Assembly (NCBI GenBank): GCA_048013815.1
Contig: CM106585.1
Location: forward strand, 14,880,001 to 14,944,000
Length of the DNA stretch: 64,000 nt
DNA from: Setoptus koraiensis
Taxonomy: Eukaryota; Animalia; Arthropoda
Direction of reading: 5' to 3'
The notes under the pieces are model-generated. The model was not told the DNA's origin and did not search any database. It was given only the letters and a program-made list of their open reading frames with translations. Positions 11,186 through 23,794 of this stretch are shown piece after piece (position 1 is the stretch's first letter; each line of letters opens with the position of its first letter). Position numbers and translations under genes: made by a program.

Positions 11186-11977
11186 AATCAACAGTTTTCG
11201 CCGTAAGCCTCAATAATTTTATGTGTGTTAAAAATGCGTACAAATTTGTGTAAACAAACTTATCGGATTACCGCTTAGACATGGCGAGACACATGGGCAT
11301 TACTCGTGTAGTGTGAGGACTTGCACCTTACTTCCTTCGTCAATTTCGTTTTCAACATCACACTCACAATCATCTCTAAAAAGATCGTCCTCGTCACATT
11401 GAGCTTTGTCGCCAATGAGATGATTCGCTGTCATACTTGCTCGCTGTGTCCATCGAATCCAGTTTTCCGTGTCTATTCTCGACCTGTTGTTTTTGTTGTT
11501 ACATAGTGGCGCCAAAAAAACGAACGAAATTGTTCTACACATGCTGCCTCTCTGTCTCTCTTTCTCTCTCCCTGTCTCTATGTATGGCTGACAAGATCAA
11601 CGCTCGATAATTTCATGACACACCCCTATTTGTAGTTGTCTGTGAAAGAAAAAGGATCAATGAAGCTGCGCCGTAGTGGAGCAATTTAGTCAAGTCGAAA
11701 TGTGTGTGGGCAAATCAAAACATTGTGCTCACTTATCACTTTCATCCTTCCAATCATACTACAGCTCAGTGGCCCCCATGTATCTATATCTACGACTGTG
11801 ATTTTAATTTTTATTGTTATAATTTAAGTCTTCTTCTCTTCTAGAATTTCACTAGAAGTCGTTTATTGATTTACTAATAGAATCCATGACAAAGAAAAAA
11901 ATCGATTGTTGGTGCAACAATATCTAAGTGTGCACGTCACGTCTTGATGAATATCCTCCATGAGTGGAATAGGAATA

Positions 11978-13630
11978 TCACGGTGGTGTCGTCGTTTTTG
12001 TTGGCGGCACAGTCATGGAATCATTTGCAGTCGTTGATTTATCATGGAATGATGTATTCTGAGATACTGTTCTATCTAAAAGTTGCGGGTGATTTTCTAC
12101 TATGTTCAATAAAATATTATCGATATAATCTCTCAATCGTGCATTGTCTTCCTGTTGTTCCTTGAGTGCCTTGACCACTTGCTGAACGTCAATGTCACCG
12201 ATTTCATCGGCTAGACTGTATGATTTGTTGCCCTCCTGAACCAAGGATCGGCCTTCCTCTAGATGACTGTTGAGCAACTGTGCCTGTAATTCTTCATTGG
12301 CTTCTCTAAGATTTCTATTTTCTTCACGAACTAATCTTAGATTTTTCTCTAATTCACTGATAAGGCCACTCTCACCAATAGTGCTGTTGTCTGTGTTAGG
12401 ATTCCATGATCCATTTTGTAATATATTTCTGCTAGTTTGTGATTGAGAGCCAACACTGTCGTCGTAATCACAACAAGCTAACTTGGATGCAACCTTACAT
12501 ATCCATTTACCCTCATTGTTGATGTAGCAACAAGTCAGCCTGGCCGAACCCTTGCATCTTGGATTCACTGGTGATTGATCTTGGAATTGCTTATTACTAT
12601 CATTGAGTTCTTCATTTAGAACACTAATCAATGTGGATTTGACATTTTCCTCTTCTTTTAAGTGGCGCACTTGTTCCTTAAGTTGGTGAACTTCTTGATC
12701 CAATGAACTCAATTCCGCAGATTTAGATCTCACCTCTTCCTCAAGTGTTGCTTTCTCACTTAGTAGTTTCCGTAATTTTGATTCACTCTTAATTAGATCA
12801 CTTTTAGCTTGTAATAATTCTTGCTGTAACAAGTAATTTGTTTGAAGGTGTTGCTCACATTCGTGTGATTGAGCTCTCGCTTGCTTGGCCATGGCATCGC
12901 GGAATCGCTTTTCGTCCTCTTTTTGTCGAGCCTCAGAAGCTATTTCGATCTCGCGTATCTGGTCCTCAAGACCATGAATCCTAATAAAATTCAATCAGAT
13001 TGTTGTAGTAGTAAAAGATTAATCAGTTTAACTGCTCCATGAATATCTTGAGAGATTGTTTATTATTGCTTAACAAACTCACCTATTTAGCAAAGCTTCA
13101 TTTTCCTGCTTAGTTTTCATGTAACGCTCGTCATTGGATGTCTGACTCTCTGTGAGGTTTTCAACCTGTCGCTGTAGTTGTTCAAACTGTTACACGTAGA
13201 GGTATTCCATATGGTTAACATGTTTGTTGATTGAAAGTATAAAAGAATGGTTTGAGCTCGGTATAAATTTATGTTCCCTTCATTTCTATAGAGATAGTTG
13301 GAACTTGAAAAAATTTCTGATATCCTATATTATTTATTGGTAGCTTACTTTTTGATTCAAGTCATGAACATCGTCTTCAATCGATATAGCATCATTTGAC
13401 ATGTCGTCGGAATAGCATATGGATGGCGGGCTCAACCTTGCACTAAGATTGAGTGAATTCGGAGATCCATTTCTATAAAGTTGGCCGCTGCAAATGAATT
13501 GAAAAAATCATCAATTAAAGAATAGATTAGATTCAGCATGCTGGCAGCCTTTAAGTCATCAAGCAAAATCGAAATCAATTTGTCTACTTACTTTCCGTTA
13601 GCGTTTAGTATCGTTCCGTTAGTTGATAAT
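11978..13630 (-). CDS. nuf: Rab11 family-interacting protein 3/4 / nuclear fallout-like; 5' exons unresolved
   Basis: Exons 13630-13592, 13487-13349, 13186-13083 and 12980-11978 splice in frame: RLSTN..GQLYR..SIEDDVHDLNQK|FEQLQRQVENLTESQTSNDERYMKTKQENEALLNR|IHGLEDQIRE. C-terminal FIP-RBD: ALKEQQEDNARLRDYIDNILLNIVENHPQLLD. Confidence 0.88.
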
Positions 13631-16600
13631 CTAGAAGAAACGTGAGTCAAGTTTGTTATTGAATGTGATATTTTGATGAAAGAGCCAACAAGAGTGTATA
13701 CAGTGTAGAAAAACATGGAGGAAACAAGAGGTATTGTTGTAAGAGTTAATTGTCTTTTGTTATTGCCACGTTTCGGAACTTCTGATGGATTCCTTTTCAT
13801 TTTATCATGATTAAATGTACGTGACTTTTCATATTACAGAGATGGTTTGTGGGATGTTCTCGATTATGAATTCAATCTATCACATTTTCAAGATTCATAC
13901 TAGATCAAGCGATAGTTAAAAGGCATCGAGACAATTCCCTCGATTGCTTTTGAATCGATATTTGAATCGATATTTCTCTGGCAAATCGAATCTCAAAGAC
14001 TCAGTTCCGAGGCCAGATCTTCTTTCGATTTTGTTCATCGAAATCGGTTCGTTCAATTAATAGTCGTTATCTGAACACAAATTGAGTATTAATCAATACC
14101 GACCACAATAATGATGTCAACTCTGGGAACAGAATGACATGAGGGAGATTCTAGAATTTGCTTACTTATTAGTACGTTGCATTGGTACCAAATGAGATCC
14201 TTAGAGATTTAGGCAATATAACATCTACCATGAATATTCACCGCCGTGTAAGTTGAAAAAATATATGATTTAAAGTGCCAATAATAATAGTTACATCCGA
14301 GGGTAATAAAGATTTGTTTTTCGGGGCGGGACTTGTCACGTTCCTTGATGATGAATCGAAAAATCGTCTCCCTTTTTCACTAAGTCCTAAAGCTATGGTT
14401 GATAGTATTGAATATGTAACTAGAATCGTCATATGTTTCCGACAGTAAATCTGGTGATTTGAATGGGAACTCAAGAAACACTAAAGAAGTAAGTTATAAG
14501 TTGTTGTAGAATACGTTTTCTGTGTATTCTGTTGTTATCTTCATTTGATGTGCTGACCAGGAGGCTATCTGGAGTCGATAACGATCTAAACGCAATTTCC
14601 CCAATGCATACACTCAAACTGAATGTTATGAAATGTGATGCAACAGATTAATCATCGACAATTGTTGCCATTTTGAAAATAAAATCCAATAATCATTAAA
14701 CTGCTGTCGAATGTTGTTGCATTGTAGATGAAATAGATACTCCAAAATTGATATTGTTTGCAGTCTAATGTTCCTCTCTGTGCAATGTTCTGGTCTACTA
14801 ATGTATATACATTGATAGTAAACAAAAATACTAAAGATATTCGCTGTTTGCATTCATTGATTGGCATATAATAATACAATTTTTTCCATGTTCAATATTC
14901 GTGATTGATTTCGGCAACAGGATAATATATCATGCTTGCAGCAAATTGTTGCAGTTGCAATAGTGTAAATGAATTGCTTACTCAGTTAAAGAGAGGAAAT
15001 GTTAATTAAGTAGAGTCACATGGATTTTCTGATATAGAATGGTGATAATAATAGTGATGATGATAATAATAACATTATAATTGAATAATAATAATGTCAA
15101 TAAATTTTCTCGTTTGGCTTCGCTTTGCTTGCAGTAATAATATTTAAAGCAATGTTTTCTTTTTGTTGTTATTACTGTTTCTGTTCCTCCAACTCCCGCA
15201 GCTTGTAGGCTGATGTCGACGCTTCTCTCTGTTACGTCGTCCTGAAGTTGAGTCCATTCGCTCTGTCATGATCCTAAATGCTTCATCCTTATCCTCATTG
15301 TTGTCTACAATTCTAACTACATTTTATCATTTTTAGTATTGTTAGATTATCATGATATCTAGAGATCGTACCGTTTTTATCTTTTCATCAGTATTAACAG
15401 TACCCCCATAAAATACGGTCAATATCCAATGGATTGCGGATAGATGATATTTCTACAGTTGATACTCAACGGTATGTATGAGACAAATTGGACTACTTAT
15501 AAGAGAGACACAAGAAAATTTTGCTTACGATAATCTATGTGTGAGCCTACTGAGTTCACTTGCTGTCCATGCGAAAGGGTGAATGAATGTAGATATTCTA
15601 GTTATATCATAGCTTCAGTCGGTTACCAAGTGAAGCAACAAGCTTCGGCCGAATAACAACAGTGTAACCATTAGTATACACATTATTCACAGTTGTCTGT
15701 GTCCCGTTACACACTACCAAGTCTTACGATTGGCCAGTCATATGTAAATGGTCAAAGACTCAACAGGTTTCTCCTTATCATTTTAAACTCAGACTCCATT
15801 TTTAAGTAAAGATAGGTCACTTGTATGTATGCGACTGTTGTAAACATCCCACAAACAAAGTAACATCTAGTGGAAAATTCATCTTGGTATCACCACAAGC
15901 AAGTGTTCTACATGTCGTCTTAGGTGATCACCAGTGGGATAGTTTAGTTATGACAACAACGCAAAATTTTTGCTTGTTTTTATAGCAAATATGAAACAAG
16001 CTGTAAACTAGATCATGAGAGAGATATACCTTTATTCCATATGCCGAGGCAGTGTCACGTTCAGCTTTGCAATCCGACCAGCAGATCATCAAACAACGTT
16101 TGTCATAGAGAACAATAAGAAAACTGAGACTTTTATTACTACTGATAGTGGCCTAAGAGGTTCGTAATAATAACATAAAGTCTGAGTCCGGCTGTTGTGA
16201 GCTTCATTTCTACTCACTGCTATAACTTCCTGACTGTTGCATTTTTTAGGGTATGACTAACAAATAAAACGGTACTGTACATGCATTGATAAATGAGAAA
16301 GATAAGTTCATCCTTTGATTGACCGATGTGCCATCATTGTTGCGGGGTTTTGATAGATTGAGAAATTGATGAATTTAAAAATCACAACGATTCTGAGTTC
16401 TTTACTTTGCATCCTCAAAGGGACTGTCACATACTTTAGTGGGTCCATGTGGCACCAAAACATATTTATCTTATCCCCCGAACTAGAAACGATAAACTCT
16501 TTATCAATTAAAAGATACCAATATTTGGTTTAGAAAGAAATCGAAACATGACAAATACTGACTTCGCCGATGCATAGTGTTGTCGCGATACTACATGACT

Positions 16601-16692
16601 TTTCGAATATATGCAATATCCAAATGAAGATATGATAGCAAGGGTAGATTAATCGCATATGCAAAGATTCAAAAGTAGTTTTTCTGAGGTTA

Positions 16693-19272
16693 TCAGTAAC
16701 ACTCTAACCCCTGACAATTAAGTTTATTTTCCTCACAGGCTAGCACATCCATTATGACTGTTCTTTCTTTGAAACACTGTTCAGTCTCCTCGTCCAAGTC
16801 TTCCGTCAATTTCATTCCCGAAGTGAACCACTCCAGAACACCTTCAATCGTCGTTTTTTGAGATACTGTTATCTCTTTCATCTGTAAACCGTTACCAAAG
16901 ATATCTGAAATAGATAATGTACTCTTCATAGCACTTCTTGTTTTTCCAATTTGTTCCAGTGGTTCTTTTGGCGGATGGCTGTGGTCCGCGGCGTTCAGAT
17001 TCATTTCTCCCAAGACAGAATCTCTTGATATTGCGGGGCAGTTACTATTTTCACCTCCACTGGTTACAATTTTTGGCCAGTATTTGAGAAGAGCTGCTGA
17101 TAAAACTTTCAATTCTTTATCGCGCTCTAAAAAATTTTCTATTCTGTTACAACTACTGATAAATATTCTTTGGGTTTGATATGCTGAGCGACTGCTTGGT
17201 GAGAAGATTTCATACAAAGTAGAAATGAAATTCGATCTAACTAGCCTCTCAATACTATTTTCAAAATCTTTTCGAAGCACTAAGTTTTCTATTATCTGCA
17301 CCATTACTTTGTCGGCTAATTTCAAGCAGGCACTTGATATGCCAAGTCGAACTGACAAACACGTGCCATACATTATCTTGTCAAGGATGGAATCATTTTT
17401 GGGGCTCATCTCTAATTCGAGTATATTATTTAAGTAGCCAGATTTGGATGAGGATGTTGTTTCCGCCAGAAGCGCGATTATTTTCTCTCTAATCTCACAA
17501 GATGATTCTATGTCACAGAGGTAATGTACCAATAGATAGGGTATGTGCTCAAATTGATTGAATCCGAATCTGCTCAATTCAACTTCCTCTGCGTCCATAG
17601 CTGTCATAATAGATAAACATGGGGTCATCAGGTAACTGTTATTGGTTTCACAACTGTATGGCCAAACTTTCAACATTATGGTAGCAGAAAGTTCCGCTGC
17701 ATCCACGATAGCATCGAATCCTGTCGCTTCAATGTATACAGCCAGCAAAGTCAATGTCTCCACCAAGAGTGATACATCATTCGAGTTCAGTCCTCTATCT
17801 ACTGACTTGAGCATCAAAGAAGTGAATTGCGTCTTTTCAACCACACCAAAGATACATTTCAATGCCTTTGGTTGCGTGATTCCCGATTGGATAGAGTTAA
17901 ATTTAACAGGAGACTCGGTGAATATCCTCAACCCTTTGAAGATCTGGAACAGGAACAGATCATTTGTCATCTGTCCACCAAGATCGGCCATCGTGGAGAA
18001 AAGGTGACGGGATTCATTCTCGATTGCTTCCTTGGGCAATAGATCGTATAGATGGCACATATGGTGTAAAACTTCAAATGATTGCATAACTTCACGATAA
18101 TGTTCGCTTTTGTTCATATTACTTGTTATGTAGCATGAGATTATATCTATGATCTTTCTCAACATTCGCAAATCGCTTACTTGGACACTCGATATTCTAG
18201 CAATCTCTATCAAAATAAATAGTATAGATGACTTGTCAACAAGTCTGTCGACATAAGCACGCTCGGTAGCATCAAGATTTAATTGAGTGATCATATTTGT
18301 AGCGAACTCATTATTTCCAGCCATGCTCAATAGAGGATAGAGAATGTATTTTGACCAATTGAATTCCTCAACATCATTTTTTGGGTAACCTCTAATAACA
18401 ACATAAGCTGCAATGGGTTTCAATGTAATACTCTTGTAATTGTTTAAAGTGTGTAGAACTAAATCATCCTTGTTAGTTCCAACTGATGTTAGAGATAAAC
18501 ATTGAGAATATACGACTAAATCATCAATAAGTAGATTTTCTCTGGTGAGAACCTTTTCTAAATTTTGGACTAACAGATCGTCGATTGAGTATCTCCTAAC
18601 AAAGCTTTCAAGTGCAGTGCTAGATTTGGATATGGACTTGATTTCAAGTAATGAATTCATAGAGAACTCTTCAATAGATAACTTGACTAGCTCTTTCAAC
18701 TTGGGCAAAAACTTTTCAGTATATTGAGGCAGGTCACCAACAGTCTTTTCAGGTATACAAATGAGATTGCGAAACAATTCCCTTGCGATAGTTACAATGT
18801 GATGAGACCTTTTGAAATTGAGAAAATGACGCACCAATGCAACGAATCCCTTCTCTTCCATCAATATTTCTAAAGCAGGAAATGATTGCACGATGTGTGT
18901 TAGTGCCTCCAGAAATCCGTAAATACTGGACAAATTTGTAGAGCTCAACATTTCGCGTGATCTATTGACTATTGCATTAATTAATAATGTGGCTGGTTCG
19001 TCTAAATGATTAGCCGGTGGAGAGGTTGGAATTGTTAGCGCTGCAATTCTAAAGGCTGCATTCTGGTTCATCTGTGTGAAGTAATCCTCGTTGATTAGTT
19101 CGGCAATGCCAGAGATGAATTTATCACGGTCCGAGATCACATTGCTGTTGATGTTGAATGATGAGATAAACCTGTCTATAATAGTGTCATCAACAATATT
19201 TTTGTGTGGATCATTGATTATAATACTGATGGCCCTCCACAATGTTTCGTCATTGAGTTCTGTAGCTGTCAT
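16693..19272 (-). CDS. Intronless 859-aa alpha-helical (ARM/HEAT-like) protein, probable BRAT1 orthologue
   Basis: Long ORF; first ATG at 19272 (the ORF-track start at 19344 is GTG). Leu/Ile-rich helical repeats, an acidic tail and a terminal LECY resemble the DCY terminus of BRAT1. Orthology is inferred from size and the C-terminal motif only. Confidence 0.6.
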   Translation of the reverse strand: MTATELNDETLWRAISIIINDPHKNIVDDTIIDRFISSFNINSNVISDRDKFISGIAELINEDYFTQMNQNAAFRIAALTIPTSPPANHLDEPATLLINAIVNRSREMLSSTNLSSIYGFLEALTHIVQSFPALEILMEEKGFVALVRHFLNFKRSHHIVTIARELFRNLICIPEKTVGDLPQYTEKFLPKLKELVKLSIEEFSMNSLLEIKSISKSSTALESFVRRYSIDDLLVQNLEKVLTRENLLIDDLVVYSQCLSLTSVGTNKDDLVLHTLNNYKSITLKPIAAYVVIRGYPKNDVEEFNWSKYILYPLLSMAGNNEFATNMITQLNLDATERAYVDRLVDKSSILFILIEIARISSVQVSDLRMLRKIIDIISCYITSNMNKSEHYREVMQSFEVLHHMCHLYDLLPKEAIENESRHLFSTMADLGGQMTNDLFLFQIFKGLRIFTESPVKFNSIQSGITQPKALKCIFGVVEKTQFTSLMLKSVDRGLNSNDVSLLVETLTLLAVYIEATGFDAIVDAAELSATIMLKVWPYSCETNNSYLMTPCLSIMTAMDAEEVELSRFGFNQFEHIPYLLVHYLCDIESSCEIREKIIALLAETTSSSKSGYLNNILELEMSPKNDSILDKIMYGTCLSVRLGISSACLKLADKVMVQIIENLVLRKDFENSIERLVRSNFISTLYEIFSPSSRSAYQTQRIFISSCNRIENFLERDKELKVLSAALLKYWPKIVTSGGENSNCPAISRDSVLGEMNLNAADHSHPPKEPLEQIGKTRSAMKSTLSISDIFGNGLQMKEITVSQKTTIEGVLEWFTSGMKLTEDLDEETEQCFKERTVIMDVLACEENKLNCQGLECY

Positions 19273-19567
19273 GATGGTGGGTCCACTGGATGTGATCGTT
19301 GAGATTGGAATAGAAACGTTTTTGGGGCCAACATCTGGTATCACAGATGATAATTCATAACATGTGGAGTTCTGTGGTCGACGGGCCGTCAGTGACGGCG
19401 TTTTTCAAATACGCCACAAAAGCCCCTGGCGGATTTTTTTCGCACTGGGCGCATCGCGATTGAAATAATGCACTCACTTTCAATTGACAATTCATTGTGA
19501 ACTGATCGGGCCAGCAAGACCAAACATCTTTTATTTAGACTTATAGTAGTAATATTGATAGTACATT

Positions 19568-20925
19568 ATGTTGGCCGGAAAAACCATATTTGTCACTGGC
19601 TCAAGTCGAGGTATCGGAAGGGCAATCGCGTTGAAATGCGCCAAAGATGGTGCGAATGTTGTGATTGCAGCAAAAACAACCGAGCCGCACCCGAAACTCC
19701 CAGGAACTATTTATACTGTGGCCAAAGAAGGTGAGTGCCCATCAAGATTATAATCCGTGGATTATCATACATCTGTTCAATTGTATTCAGCGTCATGCAT
19801 AGGCAGTTTTCACCCAGTATTCACTGATTTACTTTTGTATTTATATTTCATGTAGTCGAAGAGGCCGGCGGACGAAGTCTGGCTGTTCAACTTGACTTGA
19901 GAGACGAAGACAGTATAAAGAACTCAGTCGATAAGACAGTGGATAAATTCGGAGGAATCGATATACTCGTGAATAATGCCAGCGCTATTTCCCTTTCTAC
20001 CGTCGAAGATACCCCCTTGAAAAGGTATGACCTGATGCACAGTATCAACGTAAGGGGTACATTCGCCATGTCAAAATATGCAATTCCACACCTGTTGAAA
20101 TCTTCAAATCCACACATCCTAACACTATCGCCGCCAATTGTATTGCAAGATTGTTGGTTCAAGAGCAACACTGCGTACACCATGTCAAAGTATGGTATGT
20201 CCCTTTGTATGTTTGGTCTCGCGGCTCAATTGAAAGGCAAGGTGACAGTCAATGCATTGTGGCCAAAAACCAGTATCTGGACGGCGGCCATGGACATGTT
20301 AGGTGGTGAGTCCAGTAGGAAGCTCTCTCGTAAGCCTAGCATAATGGCCGACGCCGCCTATGCCATTATTACTAAAAATGTCTCTACGTCAAACAGCGGC
20401 CGATTCCTAATCGACGAGGAAGTCCTCAGAAGTGAGGGTGTTAAAGATTTCGAGCAGTATGCCGAAGAGCCAGGTAATATGTTGTTGCCGGATTTCTTTT
20501 TGCCAGATGAAATAATGAAAGAATTCGAGGGCCGAGAGAACATTCAGGATAAGGTTCTGCACAACGAATCTGATAAGGGAGCTCAACAAACTGTAGATGA
20601 AATATTCCATCAAATAATCGATCGCATGACAGATGATGTTCGCGACAGTATAAATGGAGTCTTGCAAATAACGATCACCGATCACGACTTAACATATATC
20701 TTTCATGCCAAGAAGGGCTCCGCTGTGTCTGTCACTAGAGAGATAACAGATCAGAAACCCGATGCAACGGTGTCTATGGATCTGGCCACCTTTGTAGGAC
20801 TCAGGAGCGGAAAAATCAAGCCAGTAACAGCATTCTTGAGTGGAATTATCAAAGTTAAGGGCAAGATGAACTTTGCCATAAAATTAGAGAAAGTATTTTC
20901 CATGGAGCTTAAGTCCATGTTATGA
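19568..20925 (+). CDS. HSDL2: Hydroxysteroid dehydrogenase-like protein 2 (SDR + SCP2 domain), 410 aa
   Basis: Exons 19568-19730 and 19856-20925. Motifs: TGSSRGIG, AAKTTEPHPKLPGTIY, NNASAI, YTMSK, ALWPKT, and a C-terminal SCP2 domain. Confidence 0.95.
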
Positions 20926-21537
20926 TTATCTTGCATCACATGCATACTAATCCGAAAGCAATATCTTTTTCACTTTGCAATGAATTAGAAACGTATCATA
21001 TTTTTTTTTTTGTAAGCTTGTGAAGGAATGATTCCAGTTCACAGCCAGAGGACTGAACCAATGGGTTTAATGGTGGTCCCCTTCAGAAACTAATTTTCTG
21101 TCAATAAATAAAATAGCTTGGGCAAAAAAAGAGTTACTCACTTAGCAGCGTTTGCTTAAGTTTCAAGTCTATAGTTGATTAAAGTTGTAGGCTGTTCATC
21201 GATAGCAAAAAGTGGCAAATACTGATGATGGAACAGATCATTTTTTTGTCTCTTTACTGACTCCCACGAAAATGAATGTAAATCTCGTCGGTTGTCGAAG
21301 AATATTGCCGCTACGAACAATAGTAATTGCAAATCATTCAATTCTGGGTGCTCAGACCGGTTATATAGCAAAGTGGTTTGTTTGCATTGCAATCGATCCA
21401 TTCATCGGACAGAGGGCGAGAGAGAGCGAGAGAGATCTGAAAATGGATAGATAGACATAGAGATACTCTATAGAGAGGCCTACTACTGGGGCAGTTTCAG
21501 AATATTCGCCGATCTCATACAATTTGTTTGGCAAGTA

Positions 21538-22223
21538 AAGTGCGTTCCAAGTTTTCTCGTACAATTGTTCAAATCACTGTGAATTCTAAACTAGAATGAT
21601 GAGACAAACATTTTATTGTATCAACTAAGCTTCAACATTAATAATGTTTTGGTGCCGTCCTATTGACCAACTTGCGACAAGCCTCCTTGCATCTCTCAAT
21701 TTGTTTAGAATTATATAATGGTGCCACTGGTCGCTTCCTCACATCAATACCCAACTGTTGTTTACATCTTTGTATGGATGTTGTGCTGATATTCAGCTTG
21801 GCAGCGGCTTCTCGGACGGACGTCTTGGGCGATTTCGTGAAAAGCTTCTTCACCTTCTTGAGCATTTTTTCAGCTGTTGCAGTGGCCTTTGGTCCTCTTT
21901 TTTTCTTTGAATATGCGGATCCTGTATCCTTGAAACGTTTTAATATATCATATATAGTTTGCCTGGCCACTTTCTCCTCAGTGAAATGTTTAACAGTAAG
22001 TGCTGTATTGCAATCATTGTTTTCAAAAAACGCACAGATCCTCTCTGCTCTCACTTTTTTATCACTCAAAGGCATTCTGACTAAAAAATAATAATAAATC
22101 TCAAACATTATAATGACTGATATGTCACGTGAGCTTAATTGACCTCGCTCCTGATTATATAATCAGCTGTTTTTTATTTATTACACAATGAAGCACATGT
22201 ACGAGAAAACCTGGAACGCACTT
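21538..22223 (-). mobile_element. Internally deleted Tc1/mariner (DD37E-family) element
   Basis: TIRs AAGTGCGTTCCA(A/G)GTTTTCTCGTAC with TA on both sides. ORF 22075-21638 encodes only the paired HTH region. Nearly identical to the 44190-45866 copy. Confidence 0.93.
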
Positions 22224-22510
22224 TATATCTGTGCACATGATGGATTTCGGTACAATCATCATTCGACATTTGTCAGCGACCGAAATATCCGTTTAGCCGA
22301 GGAATAAGAACTGAAATGAACCAATAAAACCTTTCATGTCCTTGTGATTTGCCAATGTTTCATCTATTGAAACTATCTGCAACAAACTCGTAATAAGAAT
22401 GGCATATGACGAAATGTGTGGATTCTTAGAACATCAAGACGACGATCAGCATATGGATAAGATTGTCTGCATGGCAGATGATCCAACTGCTCGATCGGAC
22501 TACTGTATAC

Positions 22511-22869
22511 TGAATCTAGAAAAAAGGCACAGCAAATTGTGGAAGACGTACTACAACGAGCAGTCGATAGATTCAGCCAGAGAGAGGATCTTCTCAACAG
22601 TGTAAATGGAATATTGCGATTCACGATAACCGATTACGACCTAACGTAAGGCCAAGGAGGGCTCCCCCGCGTCTTTCACTCGGAATATAGCAGACCAGAA
22701 GCCCGATGTAACACTGTTTTCGGATCTAGCCACTTTTGTGGGACTTTTGACCGGAAAAATCAAGCCGATGACAGCTTTCTCGAGTGGGATGATTAAAGTT
22801 AGGGGCAAAATGAAGTGCGCCACGAAATTCGAAAAAATATTCTCTGCAGAGCTAAAGTCCATGCTATGA
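22511..22869 (+). pseudogene. Partial duplicate of the HSDL2 3' end (SCP2 domain)
   Basis: Reads ..VNGILRFTITDYDLT*..DQKPDVTLFSDLATFVGLLTGKIKPMTAFSSGMIKVRGKMK..AELKSML*, with a stop and a deletion. Downstream flank 23030-23530 resembles 21105-21537. Confidence 0.88.
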
Positions 22870-23681
22870 TCCGAGCGTCTTGCAAGAGAAAAATCTCTAT
22901 CACACTCCGTCTTTTATTATTGAGCGCGTAATGAGATGATTCACAGTCACAACGAGGAGAGAAGATTAGACATACTGAGTTAGTCGGGTCCATAGGTGGT
23001 AGTCGTTTCCTGAAGCTAGCCTTTTAATCAATAAATAAACTAGCTTGAGCAAGAAGGAGTTACTCATAGTAGCAGCGATTGCGTAAGTTTCCAGTCTATA
23101 GTTGATCACAGTTGTTAGTTGTTTGTCGTTTACCAAAGATGGCAAGCACCATTGATGTTAATAATTATTTGTTTGTTTGTCTTCATGTTGTGCTTTACAC
23201 AAATCTTCCAAAAATAAATCTCTCGTTGTTCGTAGCGAGATATTGCCGTAACGAGCCACAGTCACGTAGTCATTGCTAATCATTCAGCTTGCGCCAGTCA
23301 GTTACCATGAAATGGCTGCCATTTTCAATTCATTCAATTCACCTGAGAATCATCGATCTAAGTGATTGCGTCAATGTTCGGACCGGTTATGAGGCGAATT
23401 GGTTCGATGGCGTGCAATCGAATTAGTGAGACAAACTAGACAGAAAGTGAGAGCGAGATAGATAGTCTGACTACTAATGGAGTTTTAGAGTGTTCGCCAA
23501 TCTCATTTAGTCTGTTTGTCAAAAGTATCTGCGCTCTCTCTCTCTCTCTCTCTTTCTCTCTCCCTTTCTGTCTGTCGGTGCGATTGCATAACAAGACCAT
23601 GTTTGTGGAGACATCTTTTCGCCATACAGACACACAGACGCATTTGCATCGTATCCATTTCATGGGGCTCGGTCTCAATTG

Positions 23682-23717
23682 TATAAATAAGTCCAGATGC
23701 TGATCAAGTTGTCAGTG
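23682..23717 (+). promoter_or_regulatory. TATA + Inr core promoter of secreted-protein gene A
   Basis: TATAAAT at 23682 and TTGTCAGT with the Inr A at 23714. Confidence 0.55.
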
Positions 23718-23794
23718 TTGCTCACAGAACAGAGAGTCGTCAATTTGTCCACTCAAGAAGCAAACAATTTATTCATACGATTTGTGTCCGAACG

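Larger units (their letters stand above)
9365..13347. repeat. Right arm of the large inverted duplication
   Basis: Reverse complement of about 2128-6060. The outer end falls at the splice donor of a nuf exon (13348). Confidence 0.95.

Noticed and set aside
19273-19344. N-terminal extension MIPDVGPK.. of the 883-aa ORF
   Set aside because: It starts at GTG with an upstream in-frame stop; the first ATG is at 19272.
21074-21086. 12-nt match to miR-133 (TGGTCCCCTTCA)
   Set aside because: The match stops after 12 nt and there is no complementary arm at hairpin distance.
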